In this document: positions 39,290 through 49,399 of the stretch, in pieces
How positions within the stretch are numbered: the first letter of the stretch is position 1
Layout: the number at the start of each line of letters is the position of its first letter
Assembly: GCA_964573455.1 (NCBI GenBank)
Contig: CAZNJW010000001.1
Coordinates: 13,096 to 77,095 of the forward strand
Direction: 5' to 3'
DNA length: 64,000 nucleotides
Source of the DNA: an uncultured Anaeromyxobacteraceae bacterium
GTDB taxonomy: Bacteria; Myxococcota_A; UBA9042; DTJE01
Position numbers and translations under genes: made by a program
The notes under the pieces: model-generated
The model's database searches: none
What the model was told of the DNA's origin: nothing
Seen by the model: only the letters and a program-made list of their open reading frames with translations

Positions 39290-40587
39290 TGCCCGACAGA
39301 ATCGACAGATCGCCCAACGAAACGCAAGCAACGATCAGGATTGTCTCGCCCGGACACCTGGGACGTGGAATCGGCAGGCTGGACAACAAGGTTTGCATGG
39401 TTCCGTATACGGTTCCGGGCGATCTGGTGAGCATCAGGATAATCAAGGACCACGGAAGCTGGCTTGAGGCCGCAGTCGTCGAGATTCTCGAGCCCGGTCC
39501 CGGACGGGTTGAACCGGCCTGTCCGGTTTACGGACGATGTGGCGGATGCCAGCTCAGACACATCGACGACGAACGACGCGCGACGTGGAAGACGGCAGTG
39601 TTCCGGGATCTGCAGAAACGGATCGGGCACATAGAAATTCCCGACATCGAGTTCCTGCCGGCGGACCTTGACGGCTGGCGCTGCCGCATGACCCTGCATG
39701 TCGACGCCGCGACCGGACGAACCGGCTTTTTCGAGGCTGCCAGTCACTCCGTCGTCAGTCCAGGTGCATGTCCGATCGCCATGGAACCCTTGCGTTCTCT
39801 GATGGCACCGGTCTGTGAGGAGGCCGGAAGACACTGCCGCGAGTCGGCCGAGATCGAACTGGTGGCAGGCGACGACGGTCGTTGCGTGAGCGTGGTCGAC
39901 GCCGGACGTGGAGATCCGTCACGTCTGGCGGATGCCCTTTCGCGTATGGAAGGAATCACTGGCGTGATGTCGAAAGGCCGCCAGGGACGGTGGCAGGGAA
40001 CAGGAGACAAGACAATCCAGTGGCCGACTGCCGGATTGCCAGGGGAAACGGCGCGAATCCCGGTGGACCCGAGGGGCTTCACGCAGGCCCATCTGATGAT
40101 GAACAGGACGCTGGTGGAAAAGGTGCTGGAACACGCCGGCGGGCCGCTTGAAGGCAGACGTGTCGTCGAACTGTACTCCGGCGCCGGGAATATCACTGTT
40201 CCTCTGGCGCTCCGCGGCGCCAGCGTTTTCGCGACCGACATCAATGAACCGGCCATCGGCTCAGCATCGGTCACGATGAAACGTCTGGGCCTGACCGTCG
40301 TTCACACGGCGGGCAGAGTATCCCAGGTGCTGAAACGGCTTCCTGCCGGATTCGCACGCCCGGATCTGTTGATCGCCGACCCTCCCAGGCTGGGCATGGA
40401 ACGGGACGCCGCCGCCGTCGCTGGAATCGGAGCCGCACGCGTTATTCTGTGTTCCTGCGAACCCTCGACCCTTGCGCGCGACATCGTCGAATTCCAGCGT
40501 GCCGGTTACCGGCTCGAGAAGGCTTCCATCGTTGACATGTTCCCGTCGACGTATCACATGGAGGCCGTGATCTCCTTGACGTTTTGA
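39289..40587 (+). CDS. rlmD: 23S rRNA (uracil-5)-methyltransferase, TRAM + SAM-MTase (RlmD/RumA family)
   Basis: TRAM domain. 4Fe-4S Cys (CPVYGRCGGCQ). C-terminal MTase with catalytic-Cys region. Confidence 0.75.
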   Translation: MPDRIDRSPNETQATIRIVSPGHLGRGIGRLDNKVCMVPYTVPGDLVSIRIIKDHGSWLEAAVVEILEPGPGRVEPACPVYGRCGGCQLRHIDDERRATWKTAVFRDLQKRIGHIEIPDIEFLPADLDGWRCRMTLHVDAATGRTGFFEAASHSVVSPGACPIAMEPLRSLMAPVCEEAGRHCRESAEIELVAGDDGRCVSVVDAGRGDPSRLADALSRMEGITGVMSKGRQGRWQGTGDKTIQWPTAGLPGETARIPVDPRGFTQAHLMMNRTLVEKVLEHAGGPLEGRRVVELYSGAGNITVPLALRGASVFATDINEPAIGSASVTMKRLGLTVVHTAGRVSQVLKRLPAGFARPDLLIADPPRLGMERDAAAVAGIGAARVILCSCEPSTLARDIVEFQRAGYRLEKASIVDMFPSTYHMEAVISLTF

Positions 40588-40650
40588 CGCCAGTGCGGAT
40601 AATCCCAACTCCGGCCGAAACGGCTGGAAAATATTGAGCGGAAACGAGAA

Positions 40651-41505
40651 TTGAAAGCGGAAATCATAAAGGAATTCACCTTCGAGGCAGCGCATCGGCT
40701 GCCTTGTGTCGGTCCCGATCACAAATGTTCCAGACTCCACGGCCACCTGTTCAAGGTCGAGGTCGCCATATCCGGCGAGGTAGACCCCGAACTGGGCTGG
40801 GTAATGGACTTCGGCGACCTGGCCCGCGAGGCCGGCCGTATCATCTCGACCCTTGACCATAGGGTTCTGAACGACATCGAAGGGCTTGGGAACCCTACCT
40901 CTGAAAACTTGTCGAGATACCTGTACGACCTGATATCGAAGGTAATTCCGGGCGTTACCGGCATTACCGTCCACGAGAGTCCGTCTTCACGCTGCACCTA
41001 CAAACCCGAGACCACGACCGTGGAGCATCGCGGGGACTTCCGCATCACGACCACAGAGCTGATCTTCTCGGCGGCACACTATCTGGTATTTCCTCCGGTT
41101 GGACGCGAGCCTCTTCACGGGCACGATTACCGGATGACCGTGACCGGTATCTCGTCACGACCGGCCCCGGGGGCCCGGGAGACGCTGAACCGCCTGGCGT
41201 GCGAGGCGATAGCGCCGATGGAACACAAGCTGCTGCTGGCCGCGACCCCCGCCGCCGGCCGCATGCACGCTGACGAGAATACGGTTAGATTCGAACTGGG
41301 CGACAGCGTGATCGTGCTGCCGACACGGGACTGCTATCTTCTGGACGGCACGGCCAATTCCAGCACCGAACTGATCGCCGCGCATGTCGCCGACCTGATC
41401 GCCAGCGACAACGACGCCGCGCAGGCCGGTTTCACCGCGGTCGAGGTCGAAATCCTGGAAGGGATCGACTGCAGGGCGCGCGTCTGCCAGACTATCGGGG
41501 CATAA
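40651..41505 (+). CDS. 6-pyruvoyl-tetrahydropterin synthase/QueD-family protein, tandem duplicated domains
   Basis: Domain 1: FEAAHRLP...CSRLHGH (complete Cys/His set). Domain 2: FSAAHYLV...EPLHGH (Cys replaced). Confidence 0.65.
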   Translation: MKAEIIKEFTFEAAHRLPCVGPDHKCSRLHGHLFKVEVAISGEVDPELGWVMDFGDLAREAGRIISTLDHRVLNDIEGLGNPTSENLSRYLYDLISKVIPGVTGITVHESPSSRCTYKPETTTVEHRGDFRITTTELIFSAAHYLVFPPVGREPLHGHDYRMTVTGISSRPAPGARETLNRLACEAIAPMEHKLLLAATPAAGRMHADENTVRFELGDSVIVLPTRDCYLLDGTANSSTELIAAHVADLIASDNDAAQAGFTAVEVEILEGIDCRARVCQTIGA

Positions 41506-41547
41506 TCGGAACCGCGCACTGTTACCGACCTTGACGCCGGGGGGTAG

Positions 41548-42612
41548 ATGACGAACATCAACGGAACCACTCAGGTGGAGATCCTTTCACTACTGCCCGA
41601 AGAAATGGCGTCGCTTCCGGCACTGAAAGGCGAGCCTCCCTACAGGGGTCAGCAGGTGTTCTCGTGGATTCACGAGGCCCGGGTATATGACTTTCTGTCC
41701 ATGACGAACCTCTCGACGACGCTCAGACAGCAGCTCGCGGCCGACTTGACGATCTTCTCCCGGCAACCGGTCGAGATTCAGGCCTCGCGAGACGGTTCGA
41801 AAAAGCTGATCTTCGAGACTCCCGAGGGCGACCACTACTCGGCCGTTCTGATGCCATCCCCCGAACGCAACACGCTGTGCATCTCCAGTCAGGTCGGATG
41901 TCGCATGAACTGCGGTTTCTGCATGACCGCCCGGCTCGGCTTCAAACGCAACCTGACTGCCGCCGAGATCATCGGGCAGGTTCACGCCGGCGCCGCCCTT
42001 CTGGAGCCGCCTGCACGGGTGTCCAACGTGGTTTTCATGGGCATGGGCGAGCCACTGGACAACTTCGACGAGGTTCTGAAAGCGGTCCGCGTGATCACAC
42101 ATCGCAAGGGACTGAAGGTCGCGCCGCGACGAACAACCATCTCCACGGTCGGCCTGATCGACCGCGTGGCCGACTTCGTGGCGCAGGACACCGGCGCCAG
42201 CATCGCCCTGTCTTTGTGCGCAACCACCGACGAAGCCAGGAACCGAATCGTTCCACAGGGTCGTCGGCACGGTCTTGAGGATTTGATAAGTGGTCTCGCT
42301 CGAATCCGACTGGCCCACGGTCACGTCTTCACCATCGAATACATGCTGATCAAAGGTGTCGGCGACAGTCTGTCGGACGCCAGACGGCTTTCGGCAATGG
42401 CCTCGCGGTTCCCATCCAAGATCAACCTGATCCCTTTCAATCCGTGGCCGGGATCGCCCTTCGAACGTCCTACCCCCGAGGCCATCGAGACCTTCCGGCA
42501 GTTCCTCGAATCCAGGAACCACACCGTGACGGTCAGGATGAGCCGCGGTCAGGATATCGGTGCCGCCTGCGGTCAGCTCGACGGGTGCAAAACCGGCCCC
42601 AACGACCTATAA
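41548..42612 (+). CDS. rlmN: 23S rRNA/tRNA adenine-C2 methyltransferase (radical SAM)
   Basis: CRMNCGFC radical SAM motif. N-terminal and C-terminal conserved RlmN Cys residues. 354 aa. Confidence 0.85.
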   Translation: MTNINGTTQVEILSLLPEEMASLPALKGEPPYRGQQVFSWIHEARVYDFLSMTNLSTTLRQQLAADLTIFSRQPVEIQASRDGSKKLIFETPEGDHYSAVLMPSPERNTLCISSQVGCRMNCGFCMTARLGFKRNLTAAEIIGQVHAGAALLEPPARVSNVVFMGMGEPLDNFDEVLKAVRVITHRKGLKVAPRRTTISTVGLIDRVADFVAQDTGASIALSLCATTDEARNRIVPQGRRHGLEDLISGLARIRLAHGHVFTIEYMLIKGVGDSLSDARRLSAMASRFPSKINLIPFNPWPGSPFERPTPEAIETFRQFLESRNHTVTVRMSRGQDIGAACGQLDGCKTGPNDL

Positions 42613-42621
42613 TTCCACCCA

Positions 42622-43710
42622 ATGGAAAGCCAACTCGAAAAAGGCCCGACCGACCGCCTTGAATCCATCCCGCGTCAGGAAGCTGATGACGTGGGCGAAC
42701 GCGTCCACATATGTATCGGCGCCACCTGCAACAACAACTGCATCTTCTGTATGGAAGACGACCGGGACGAACGCGCCCGGGTCGTCGGCGCCTGGTCCAG
42801 GAGCGACGTTCTGGACCTGATCGAAGGGCACCGCGGCACGCGTGAAATCCTGTTCACCAGCGGCGAACCGACGATGAACAAGGATCTGCCCGATTACATC
42901 AGGGCGGCCGCGACGGGCGGATACGAGGTGATCGGCGTCATCTCGAACGGACGGCGCTTCGCGTACATGCCGTTCGCAGTCAGCCTGCTTCGCGCCGGTC
43001 TGAACAACATCATCGTCTCGATTCATGGATCCGATGCGGCCACGCACGACGCGCTCACCCGGACCCGAGGCAGCTTCGGCCAGACGCTGACCGGTCTGCG
43101 GAACATGTCGGCGCTCAAAAGCGCGTTCAATTTCAAGCTGCAGACCAGCACGGTCGTGACCGAAAGGAATCTGGCCGACATGTCGGCCTTTTGCGACCTG
43201 ATGGGGACCCTGAACGTCGACGCGCACGCCTTCAACGTGATGATGCCTGACGGAGGCGGTAGAACCCACCTCGAACGACTGATGCCACGCTATTCCGAGG
43301 TTGCCCTGGTGTTTGGCCGGATGGTGCGTTCGATCCCGCCGGCCGTGTTCGAACGGATGGCGCTGGTGGACATCCCGTACTGCACGACCGTGGGGCTGCC
43401 CGATTCGATTCGTGGATATGTGGAACGCTATTTTCACTACGAGCCGGACGGCTCTTTCGAAAAAAAGGCCCGAAAGGCCGGTCTGGCACAGACCTCCCCG
43501 AACAGTGCCGATGCCGACCTGTTCAAATCTGACGCGATTCAGGGCGGTTCCGGCAGTTTTGAGCTTGTGACCCGCACCTACCAGGAAACCTGGGTGAAAT
43601 CCAAGCGCGCGGAATGCGACGGCTGCAGGTACAATGAAATCTGCCGTGGTGTATGGAAGGCGTACACGGACAGGTTCGGGTGGGACGAGTTCAAGGCGGT
43701 GAATCCATGA
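42622..43710 (+). CDS. Radical SAM protein with C-terminal twitch/SPASM-like Cys motif, unknown function
   Basis: CNNNCIFC at residue ~46. SGEP. C-terminal CDGCRYNEIC. Confidence 0.6.
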   Translation: MESQLEKGPTDRLESIPRQEADDVGERVHICIGATCNNNCIFCMEDDRDERARVVGAWSRSDVLDLIEGHRGTREILFTSGEPTMNKDLPDYIRAAATGGYEVIGVISNGRRFAYMPFAVSLLRAGLNNIIVSIHGSDAATHDALTRTRGSFGQTLTGLRNMSALKSAFNFKLQTSTVVTERNLADMSAFCDLMGTLNVDAHAFNVMMPDGGGRTHLERLMPRYSEVALVFGRMVRSIPPAVFERMALVDIPYCTTVGLPDSIRGYVERYFHYEPDGSFEKKARKAGLAQTSPNSADADLFKSDAIQGGSGSFELVTRTYQETWVKSKRAECDGCRYNEICRGVWKAYTDRFGWDEFKAVNP

Positions 43711-45014
43711 TCTTTCGACGCGTCGTTTTCCAACCTCTGTCCGGAAGGGTTCCAGCTTTGTCGCGGATGGCCGGGATTATGCTTCTGCTCCTTGTTCCGG
43801 TCGGCTGCGGCGAGGGACCGGGGTTCGTCGAGGGGCGCGACTACTCGGCGTTCTACGATTTCGGCGGAAGGCAGGATGTCGCTACGCCGGATAACGGACG
43901 GCAGGATGGTTTCACGCTTGATTCGGAGCGCGACGATTCCGGCACCGACCCTGGCTGGGAAGTGGTGACGCCCGACCAGGGACGTGACCCCGGTCAGACA
44001 GATCCGGGCGGCGGTGACACGATCAAGGACACCTCGCTTCCGACGCCTTCCGTCGTTTTCGTCACGAACAAAGCCTGGGAGACACGGGCGAATTCGATGA
44101 TCGGCGGCGCAAAGATTTCGGTCGACCTGATTCACCTGAGTTTTTCGCAATACAGCCCGGACGATATCAGCGTGGCAAACTCCCTGAAGGGCGCCGCCGG
44201 CCGCGGAGTCCCGGTCAGAGTCCTCCTCGACGACAATCCGGAAGGCAACGCGGCCCGTGTCGAGGAACTTAACGAAATCAGCAACATCACAGCCAAGCTT
44301 GACGGATGGAACGGCACGACCCACGTCAAGCTCCTGGTGGTCGATGACGAACAGGTACTGGTCGGTTCAACCAACCTGTCCAAGTCATCGCTGCACTTCA
44401 ACAACGAGGCCAACCTTTGGCTGAACGAGCCTGAGACGGTCCAGGAATTCGTCGAATACGTCGATTCGGTCTGGGATGATCCTTTCACCAGGCGGGGAAT
44501 GGAGGCCAACGGGTCAGCCTCCGGAATCCTGCCGATCGGCGACCAGGAATATGTCGACGCGGTATCACCACTCATCGGCACTGCCACCGATCGCATCCTT
44601 CTGGTCATGTACGATTTCAATCCCGCTTCGAACCTGGCGACCAGCCTGGCGGACGGTTTGAAATCCGCGGCCGACAGGGGCGTGACCGTAAAGGTGCTTC
44701 TAGAACGCTGTCACCTTGACTATGCCGGATATGTGACCCAGCAGAACGAGGAGGTGGCCGACATCCTGGAACAAGGCGGTGTCGAGGTCAGATTCGACGA
44801 ACCGTCTCCCGACAACAACACCTACGACGACATAACGCACGCAAAACTGCTGATCGTCGATGACACGGTGATCGTGTATTCCGGCAACTGGAACGACAGC
44901 GGGTTGAACAAAAACCACGAGGCCGGCGCGGTAGTTCATGGCGTCGATTCGGTCACCACCGCTGCGGTCGCCTATTTCAACAGCATATTCAACGTCGGAT
45001 TCGACTGGCCGTGA
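43707..45014 (+). CDS. Phospholipase D-superfamily lipoprotein (two HKD motifs)
   Basis: Lipobox LLLVPVGCG. HVKLLVVDD...GSTN and HAKLLIVDD...GNWN. ATGA overlap with the upstream rSAM gene. Confidence 0.7.
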   Translation: MIFRRVVFQPLSGRVPALSRMAGIMLLLLVPVGCGEGPGFVEGRDYSAFYDFGGRQDVATPDNGRQDGFTLDSERDDSGTDPGWEVVTPDQGRDPGQTDPGGGDTIKDTSLPTPSVVFVTNKAWETRANSMIGGAKISVDLIHLSFSQYSPDDISVANSLKGAAGRGVPVRVLLDDNPEGNAARVEELNEISNITAKLDGWNGTTHVKLLVVDDEQVLVGSTNLSKSSLHFNNEANLWLNEPETVQEFVEYVDSVWDDPFTRRGMEANGSASGILPIGDQEYVDAVSPLIGTATDRILLVMYDFNPASNLATSLADGLKSAADRGVTVKVLLERCHLDYAGYVTQQNEEVADILEQGGVEVRFDEPSPDNNTYDDITHAKLLIVDDTVIVYSGNWNDSGLNKNHEAGAVVHGVDSVTTAAVAYFNSIFNVGFDWP

Positions 45015-45041
45015 TCCGGGCTGGTCCGAAATCTGAAAGGT

Positions 45042-46079
45042 TCAGTACCGGCCGGAGTCGGAGCGCAGGCCCGCGAAAACATTCCTGCAATAGAACGGTC
45101 CCTCGTAGATGAACCCGGTAAATCCCTCTATCAGGTCGGCGCCGGCGTCCTGGAACTTCCATGCGTCGCGACCGTTGAAGATGCCACCGCAGCCGATGAT
45201 GATCGGGGCGCGCCCCACCTGATTCCTGACCGAGGCCACCGTTGCGACCGCCTTGTCCAGCAACAGGGCGCCGCTGAGTCCGCCGCGCAGCCCGAGATCA
45301 AGTTCGGCGGCTGACAGGCCTTCGCGACCTTTCGTCGTATTGGTGGCCACGAAACCATCGATCCCGCACGACATCGCCACGTCAACTGTTGCCGCCAGAT
45401 CCGGTGCCGTCCGGTCCGGGGACAGTTTGACCAGCACCTTGCGTTTTCCCGCGACGGCTTCTTTGACGGCGACCAGAAGCGCGCGAAGCTGGTCCGGATC
45501 ATTCTCGAAATCCCGACCGCTCTCGACGTTGGGACAGGACAGATTCAGAACCAGCATGTCCGCGACCGGCAGCAGGCCGTTGACCGACTCGAGGATGTCC
45601 GCGATCGCCGCCTCGCCGTGAATGGCCGGGTCAGCGGTCTTACCTATGTTGACAAGTACCGGCATTCGCCGTTTCTGGATCTCCAGCTTCTTCCTGACCG
45701 CTTTCCATCCTTTCGACGGAAGTCCCATCCGGTTGATCATCGAATTCGAACCGACCAGCCGGTGAACACGCGGTTTCGGATTACCGGGCCACTCGTGGGA
45801 AGTGACCGTTCCGACCTCGACAAATCCAAAACCCAGTCCCCAGACGGCGGGCAATGCGTCTCCGTTCTTCACCCATCCGGCGGCCACGCCCAGACGGTTC
45901 GGGAAGTGTAACCCGCCGACCTCGACACTTTCGGCCCGACGCGGCCCCAGAGCCGACCGCATGATTGAAGGGACGCCCGGAACCACCGACGCCACACGCA
46001 GCCCTGCCATGGCCATGTGGTGCGCGGTCTCTCCATTAAACTTGAACAGTAACGGACGTAGAATTTTCTTGTACAGCAT
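45042..46079 (-). CDS. pyrD: Dihydroorotate dehydrogenase (quinone), class 2
   Basis: MLYKKILRPLLF N-terminus. FMN-binding GFGFVEVGTVT. Ser active-site region. Confidence 0.85.
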   Translation of the reverse strand: MLYKKILRPLLFKFNGETAHHMAMAGLRVASVVPGVPSIMRSALGPRRAESVEVGGLHFPNRLGVAAGWVKNGDALPAVWGLGFGFVEVGTVTSHEWPGNPKPRVHRLVGSNSMINRMGLPSKGWKAVRKKLEIQKRRMPVLVNIGKTADPAIHGEAAIADILESVNGLLPVADMLVLNLSCPNVESGRDFENDPDQLRALLVAVKEAVAGKRKVLVKLSPDRTAPDLAATVDVAMSCGIDGFVATNTTKGREGLSAAELDLGLRGGLSGALLLDKAVATVASVRNQVGRAPIIIGCGGIFNGRDAWKFQDAGADLIEGFTGFIYEGPFYCRNVFAGLRSDSGRY

Positions 46080-46219
46080 ATTCACACTCCAGGCAGGGTC
46101 GGAGGATATCACGATTCGAGCCGCCCTGTCTGCGAATCGCGCTCGGCTGTCCCTGTCACCGTCCCTCGACAACACCGAGGGGATGCGTCAGAATGTCCCA
46201 TGATTGAAAGGGGGTTCTC

Positions 46220-47119
46220 ATGAGCAACCAGATCCTCGCCCACGCACTGGAAAGAATGGGGGTTGCCGAGTACAACGTTTCTGGCTCACCACTGTCCAAG
46301 TCCTACTGGTCCTTGACCCAGATCATAGCTCGAACCGGTTGGACCGAACTGGAACAAACCCCGGAAATCGCCGTCGTGCTCGGTTCCGGGCTGGGGGGAT
46401 TTGAAAAGAGGCTGCATTCGCAGTTCGAGATTCCTTTTCACGACGTCGGCCTGCCGGCACCAGGAATCCCAGGCCATTCAGGCAGGCTCTGCATCGGAAC
46501 GCTTTCCGGTCACAGGGTCGCGGTTCTTGCCGGACGGGTCCACTACTATGAAGGCCACGACTTCGAAACGGTATGCCGTGCCACGCGCGTGATGGCGCTG
46601 CTTGGGGTACCGACACTTCTTCTATCGAACGCGGCCGGTGGCATCAACCCGGACTTCGCGGTGGGCGACCTGATGCTGATACGCGACCACCTGAACCTGA
46701 TGGGGGACAATCCGTTACGGGGGCCAAATCCAGGCGCCCTCGGGCCGCGTTTTCCGGACATGACCACCGCATGGACTCCCGCGATCAGACAGGTATTCAA
46801 GGAACAGGCAGCGCGACTGGGGCTGACTCTCAAGGAAGGCGTGTACGCCGCCAACTGCGGTCCGACATACGAGACGCCGGCCGAGGTCCGCATGCTGAAG
46901 GCCATGGGCGCGGATGCCGTTGGCATGTCCACCGCACCCGAGGCGATCGCTGCCAGGCATGCGGGGATGCGGGTCGGTGGAGTCTCGGTGATCACGAACG
47001 CCGCGGCAGGCACGGGCGCGGGTGAACTGTCACACGAAGAAGTAAAACAGGTCGGGGCCGCAGCCGGTGTCAGGCTCGGAGACCTGTTCGAGGCGGTCAT
47101 CGCTGACGGAAAATGCTGA
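46220..47119 (+). CDS. Purine nucleoside phosphorylase (PNP family I, PunA-like)
   Basis: Similarity to the PNP/MTAP family. ~299 aa. Confidence 0.7.
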   Translation: MSNQILAHALERMGVAEYNVSGSPLSKSYWSLTQIIARTGWTELEQTPEIAVVLGSGLGGFEKRLHSQFEIPFHDVGLPAPGIPGHSGRLCIGTLSGHRVAVLAGRVHYYEGHDFETVCRATRVMALLGVPTLLLSNAAGGINPDFAVGDLMLIRDHLNLMGDNPLRGPNPGALGPRFPDMTTAWTPAIRQVFKEQAARLGLTLKEGVYAANCGPTYETPAEVRMLKAMGADAVGMSTAPEAIAARHAGMRVGGVSVITNAAAGTGAGELSHEEVKQVGAAAGVRLGDLFEAVIADGKC

Positions 47120-47120
47120 A

Positions 47121-47537
47121 ATGCTGAACGAAGATCAGAAATCGGCCCTGCTTTGCGCGGCCAGGCGCGTCATGGAAAACGCATACGCCCCGTATTCGGG
47201 ATTCCGGGTGGGCGCGGCGATTCTCGGTACGTCAGGCGCGATCCACGTCGGATGCAACGTTGAGAACTCGTCTTATCCGGTCGGCACCTGCGCCGAGAGA
47301 AACGCGATCGGCGCGGCAACCGCGGCGGGCGAAACGTCGGTTCTGGCCGTGATGATCGTGGCGTCCCATCCGACCCCCGTTCCTCCATGCGGGATGTGTC
47401 GCCAGGCACTGAACGAACTGGGGCCGGACGTTATCGTGATCAGTATCGGGAACCTCGGGGCCGAACGGATCTGGACGGTCCGCGAACTCCTGCCCGACGC
47501 CTTTGACAGCGGGATGCTTGATGGACGCGACCGTTAA
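47121..47537 (+). CDS. cdd: Cytidine deaminase
   Basis: CAERNAI...PCGMCRQ zinc-binding motifs. Starts 2 nt after the PNP stop. Confidence 0.8.
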   Translation: MLNEDQKSALLCAARRVMENAYAPYSGFRVGAAILGTSGAIHVGCNVENSSYPVGTCAERNAIGAATAAGETSVLAVMIVASHPTPVPPCGMCRQALNELGPDVIVISIGNLGAERIWTVRELLPDAFDSGMLDGRDR

Positions 47538-48873
47538 TCCGACAAGACCGCGGATGGTGCTTCGCGGCGCCACCGTGGTGACTTGTGACGACGACAATCA
47601 GATCCTGACCGGAGACATCGTGATCCAGGATGGTCTGATTGAACAGGTGCTGCCTTCAGCGCCACGGCTTGAGGGCGAGGAGTCCATCGACCTGACCGGT
47701 CTGATCGTGATGCCGGCCTTCATCCAGACCCATGTTCACACATGCCAGACGTTGTGGCGCAACCTGGCCGACGACATGAGCCTGATGACCTGGCTGCGCC
47801 ACCGCACATGGCCTTTCGAAGACGCGCTGACCCGCGAGATGATCCGGGCATCCGTTCGTCTTTCGGCTGCTGAGCTGCTGTTGTCCGGCACACTGACAAT
47901 CAACGATTTCGGGCTTCTGCATGACGCGGAAGCGATCCCGGCGGCTGCCGCTGGCACAGGTATTCGCGGGGTCTGGGCCAGCATCCTCGTCGACACGCTC
48001 GATCCGTCGTCGAGTCTGACGCCTCAGGAACCGGCAGCGGCAGTTCGGGACGCGATCTCAACGGCCCACGCGGTCAGCGGCCTGGACTCGGTCGCCGGGT
48101 ACGCGATGTCACCGCGTTTCGCGCCGTCGTGTTCCCGTGAACTACTCGCACTCGTTGCGCAGACATCACGTCAGACCGGAATTCCGATTCACACGCACTG
48201 CTCCGAGAACGACGAGGAAAATGACCTTTCGGTCGCAAGGTTCGGAATGCGTCCGGTTGCATTGTTCGACGAGCTCGGCATTCTGGGCCCCGAAACCAGG
48301 CTGGCGCATTGCGTGAAGGTGACCGACGACGAGATCTCTCTGCTGGCGGCCACGGAAACGAAGGTACTGCACTGCCCTTCCACGAACATGAAACTGGGCT
48401 CGGGGATCGCGCCGATCCCACGAATGCTTCAGGCTGGTGTTCATGTTTCGATCGGCGCCGACGGGGCTCCGGCAAACAACAACCTCGATATGTTCGTTGA
48501 GATGCGCGCGGCCTCGCTGATCCAGAAGGCGCTGCACGGCCCCCTTGCCATGCCCGCCTGGCAGGTGATCCGGATGGCTACCGTTAACGGGGCGCGCGCG
48601 CTTGGCATGGACAAACAGACAGGGTCGCTGACACCGGGCAGACGCGCCGACATCCTCGTGCTTAATCCACGCGTGCCGCATAGCACCGGGTTCGACGACC
48701 CCTGCGGAGCGATTGTCTATTCAATGGGACGGGACAACGTTCTTCACCTGCTCTCGGCCGGCAAGTTCGTTGTCAAGGATCACAGATGCGTCGAACTGGA
48801 TTCCGACGAGGTCTGCAAGACGGCCATCAGCGCGATGAATCTGCTGCGCCGGACTGCCAGAGCCTATAACTGA
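47521..48873 (+). CDS. Amidohydrolase-family nucleoside/nucleobase deaminase (MTA/SAH-deaminase- or guanine-deaminase-like)
   Basis: HVHTCQT metal-binding motif and amidohydrolase fold. Overlaps the cdd 3' end. Confidence 0.65.
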   Translation: MDATVNPTRPRMVLRGATVVTCDDDNQILTGDIVIQDGLIEQVLPSAPRLEGEESIDLTGLIVMPAFIQTHVHTCQTLWRNLADDMSLMTWLRHRTWPFEDALTREMIRASVRLSAAELLLSGTLTINDFGLLHDAEAIPAAAAGTGIRGVWASILVDTLDPSSSLTPQEPAAAVRDAISTAHAVSGLDSVAGYAMSPRFAPSCSRELLALVAQTSRQTGIPIHTHCSENDEENDLSVARFGMRPVALFDELGILGPETRLAHCVKVTDDEISLLAATETKVLHCPSTNMKLGSGIAPIPRMLQAGVHVSIGADGAPANNNLDMFVEMRAASLIQKALHGPLAMPAWQVIRMATVNGARALGMDKQTGSLTPGRRADILVLNPRVPHSTGFDDPCGAIVYSMGRDNVLHLLSAGKFVVKDHRCVELDSDEVCKTAISAMNLLRRTARAYN

Positions 48874-49387
48874 CGTACTGATCGATCACGTCGGCCTTCC
48901 TGGGGCCGATGCCTTTCACACGCCGTAGATCCCGCGCCGACCTGAACGGGCCTTCCTTCATGCGGCTTCTGACCATTGCCCGGGCCGTCGACGGACCGAC
49001 GCCGTTGATCGCTTCCAGGTCGGAAACGGTCGCCGCGTTGATCGGTACCGGTATCCCGAACGTCAGAAGGTCCGTGCCCGACATCCAGCCCGCGACCAGA
49101 CTTCCGTCCGGCAGGACCGATATGGACATTCCGGCCCTGACTGGCTCTTTCGGAGCACACCCGCCCTTGAAGCCCGCGAGGGCGATGGCGGTGCATACGT
49201 CCGGAGCGCTGTCAAAAAGGACGATCACCCTCTGCCGGCCGGGCCACGCGACCTCGATCGGGCAGTCCGCGGACATGGTGGCCCTGTTCGGCAGACTGGC
49301 CGGGATGACGGCGATCATGGACACCACCGTCACCACGAAGGCGCAGATGACCATCGCCCTGAAGGGCGTGCGGGCATGCGCACTCAT
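48827..49387 (-). CDS. comEA: ComEA-like helix-hairpin-helix DNA-binding protein
   Basis: C-terminal tandem HhH (LEAINGVGPSTARAMV...LRRVKGIGPRKADVI). N-terminal TM helix. Confidence 0.65.
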   Translation of the reverse strand: MSAHARTPFRAMVICAFVVTVVSMIAVIPASLPNRATMSADCPIEVAWPGRQRVIVLFDSAPDVCTAIALAGFKGGCAPKEPVRAGMSISVLPDGSLVAGWMSGTDLLTFGIPVPINAATVSDLEAINGVGPSTARAMVRSRMKEGPFRSARDLRRVKGIGPRKADVIDQYVSYRLWQSGAADSSR

Positions 49388-49399
49388 ATGTCACCGGAT

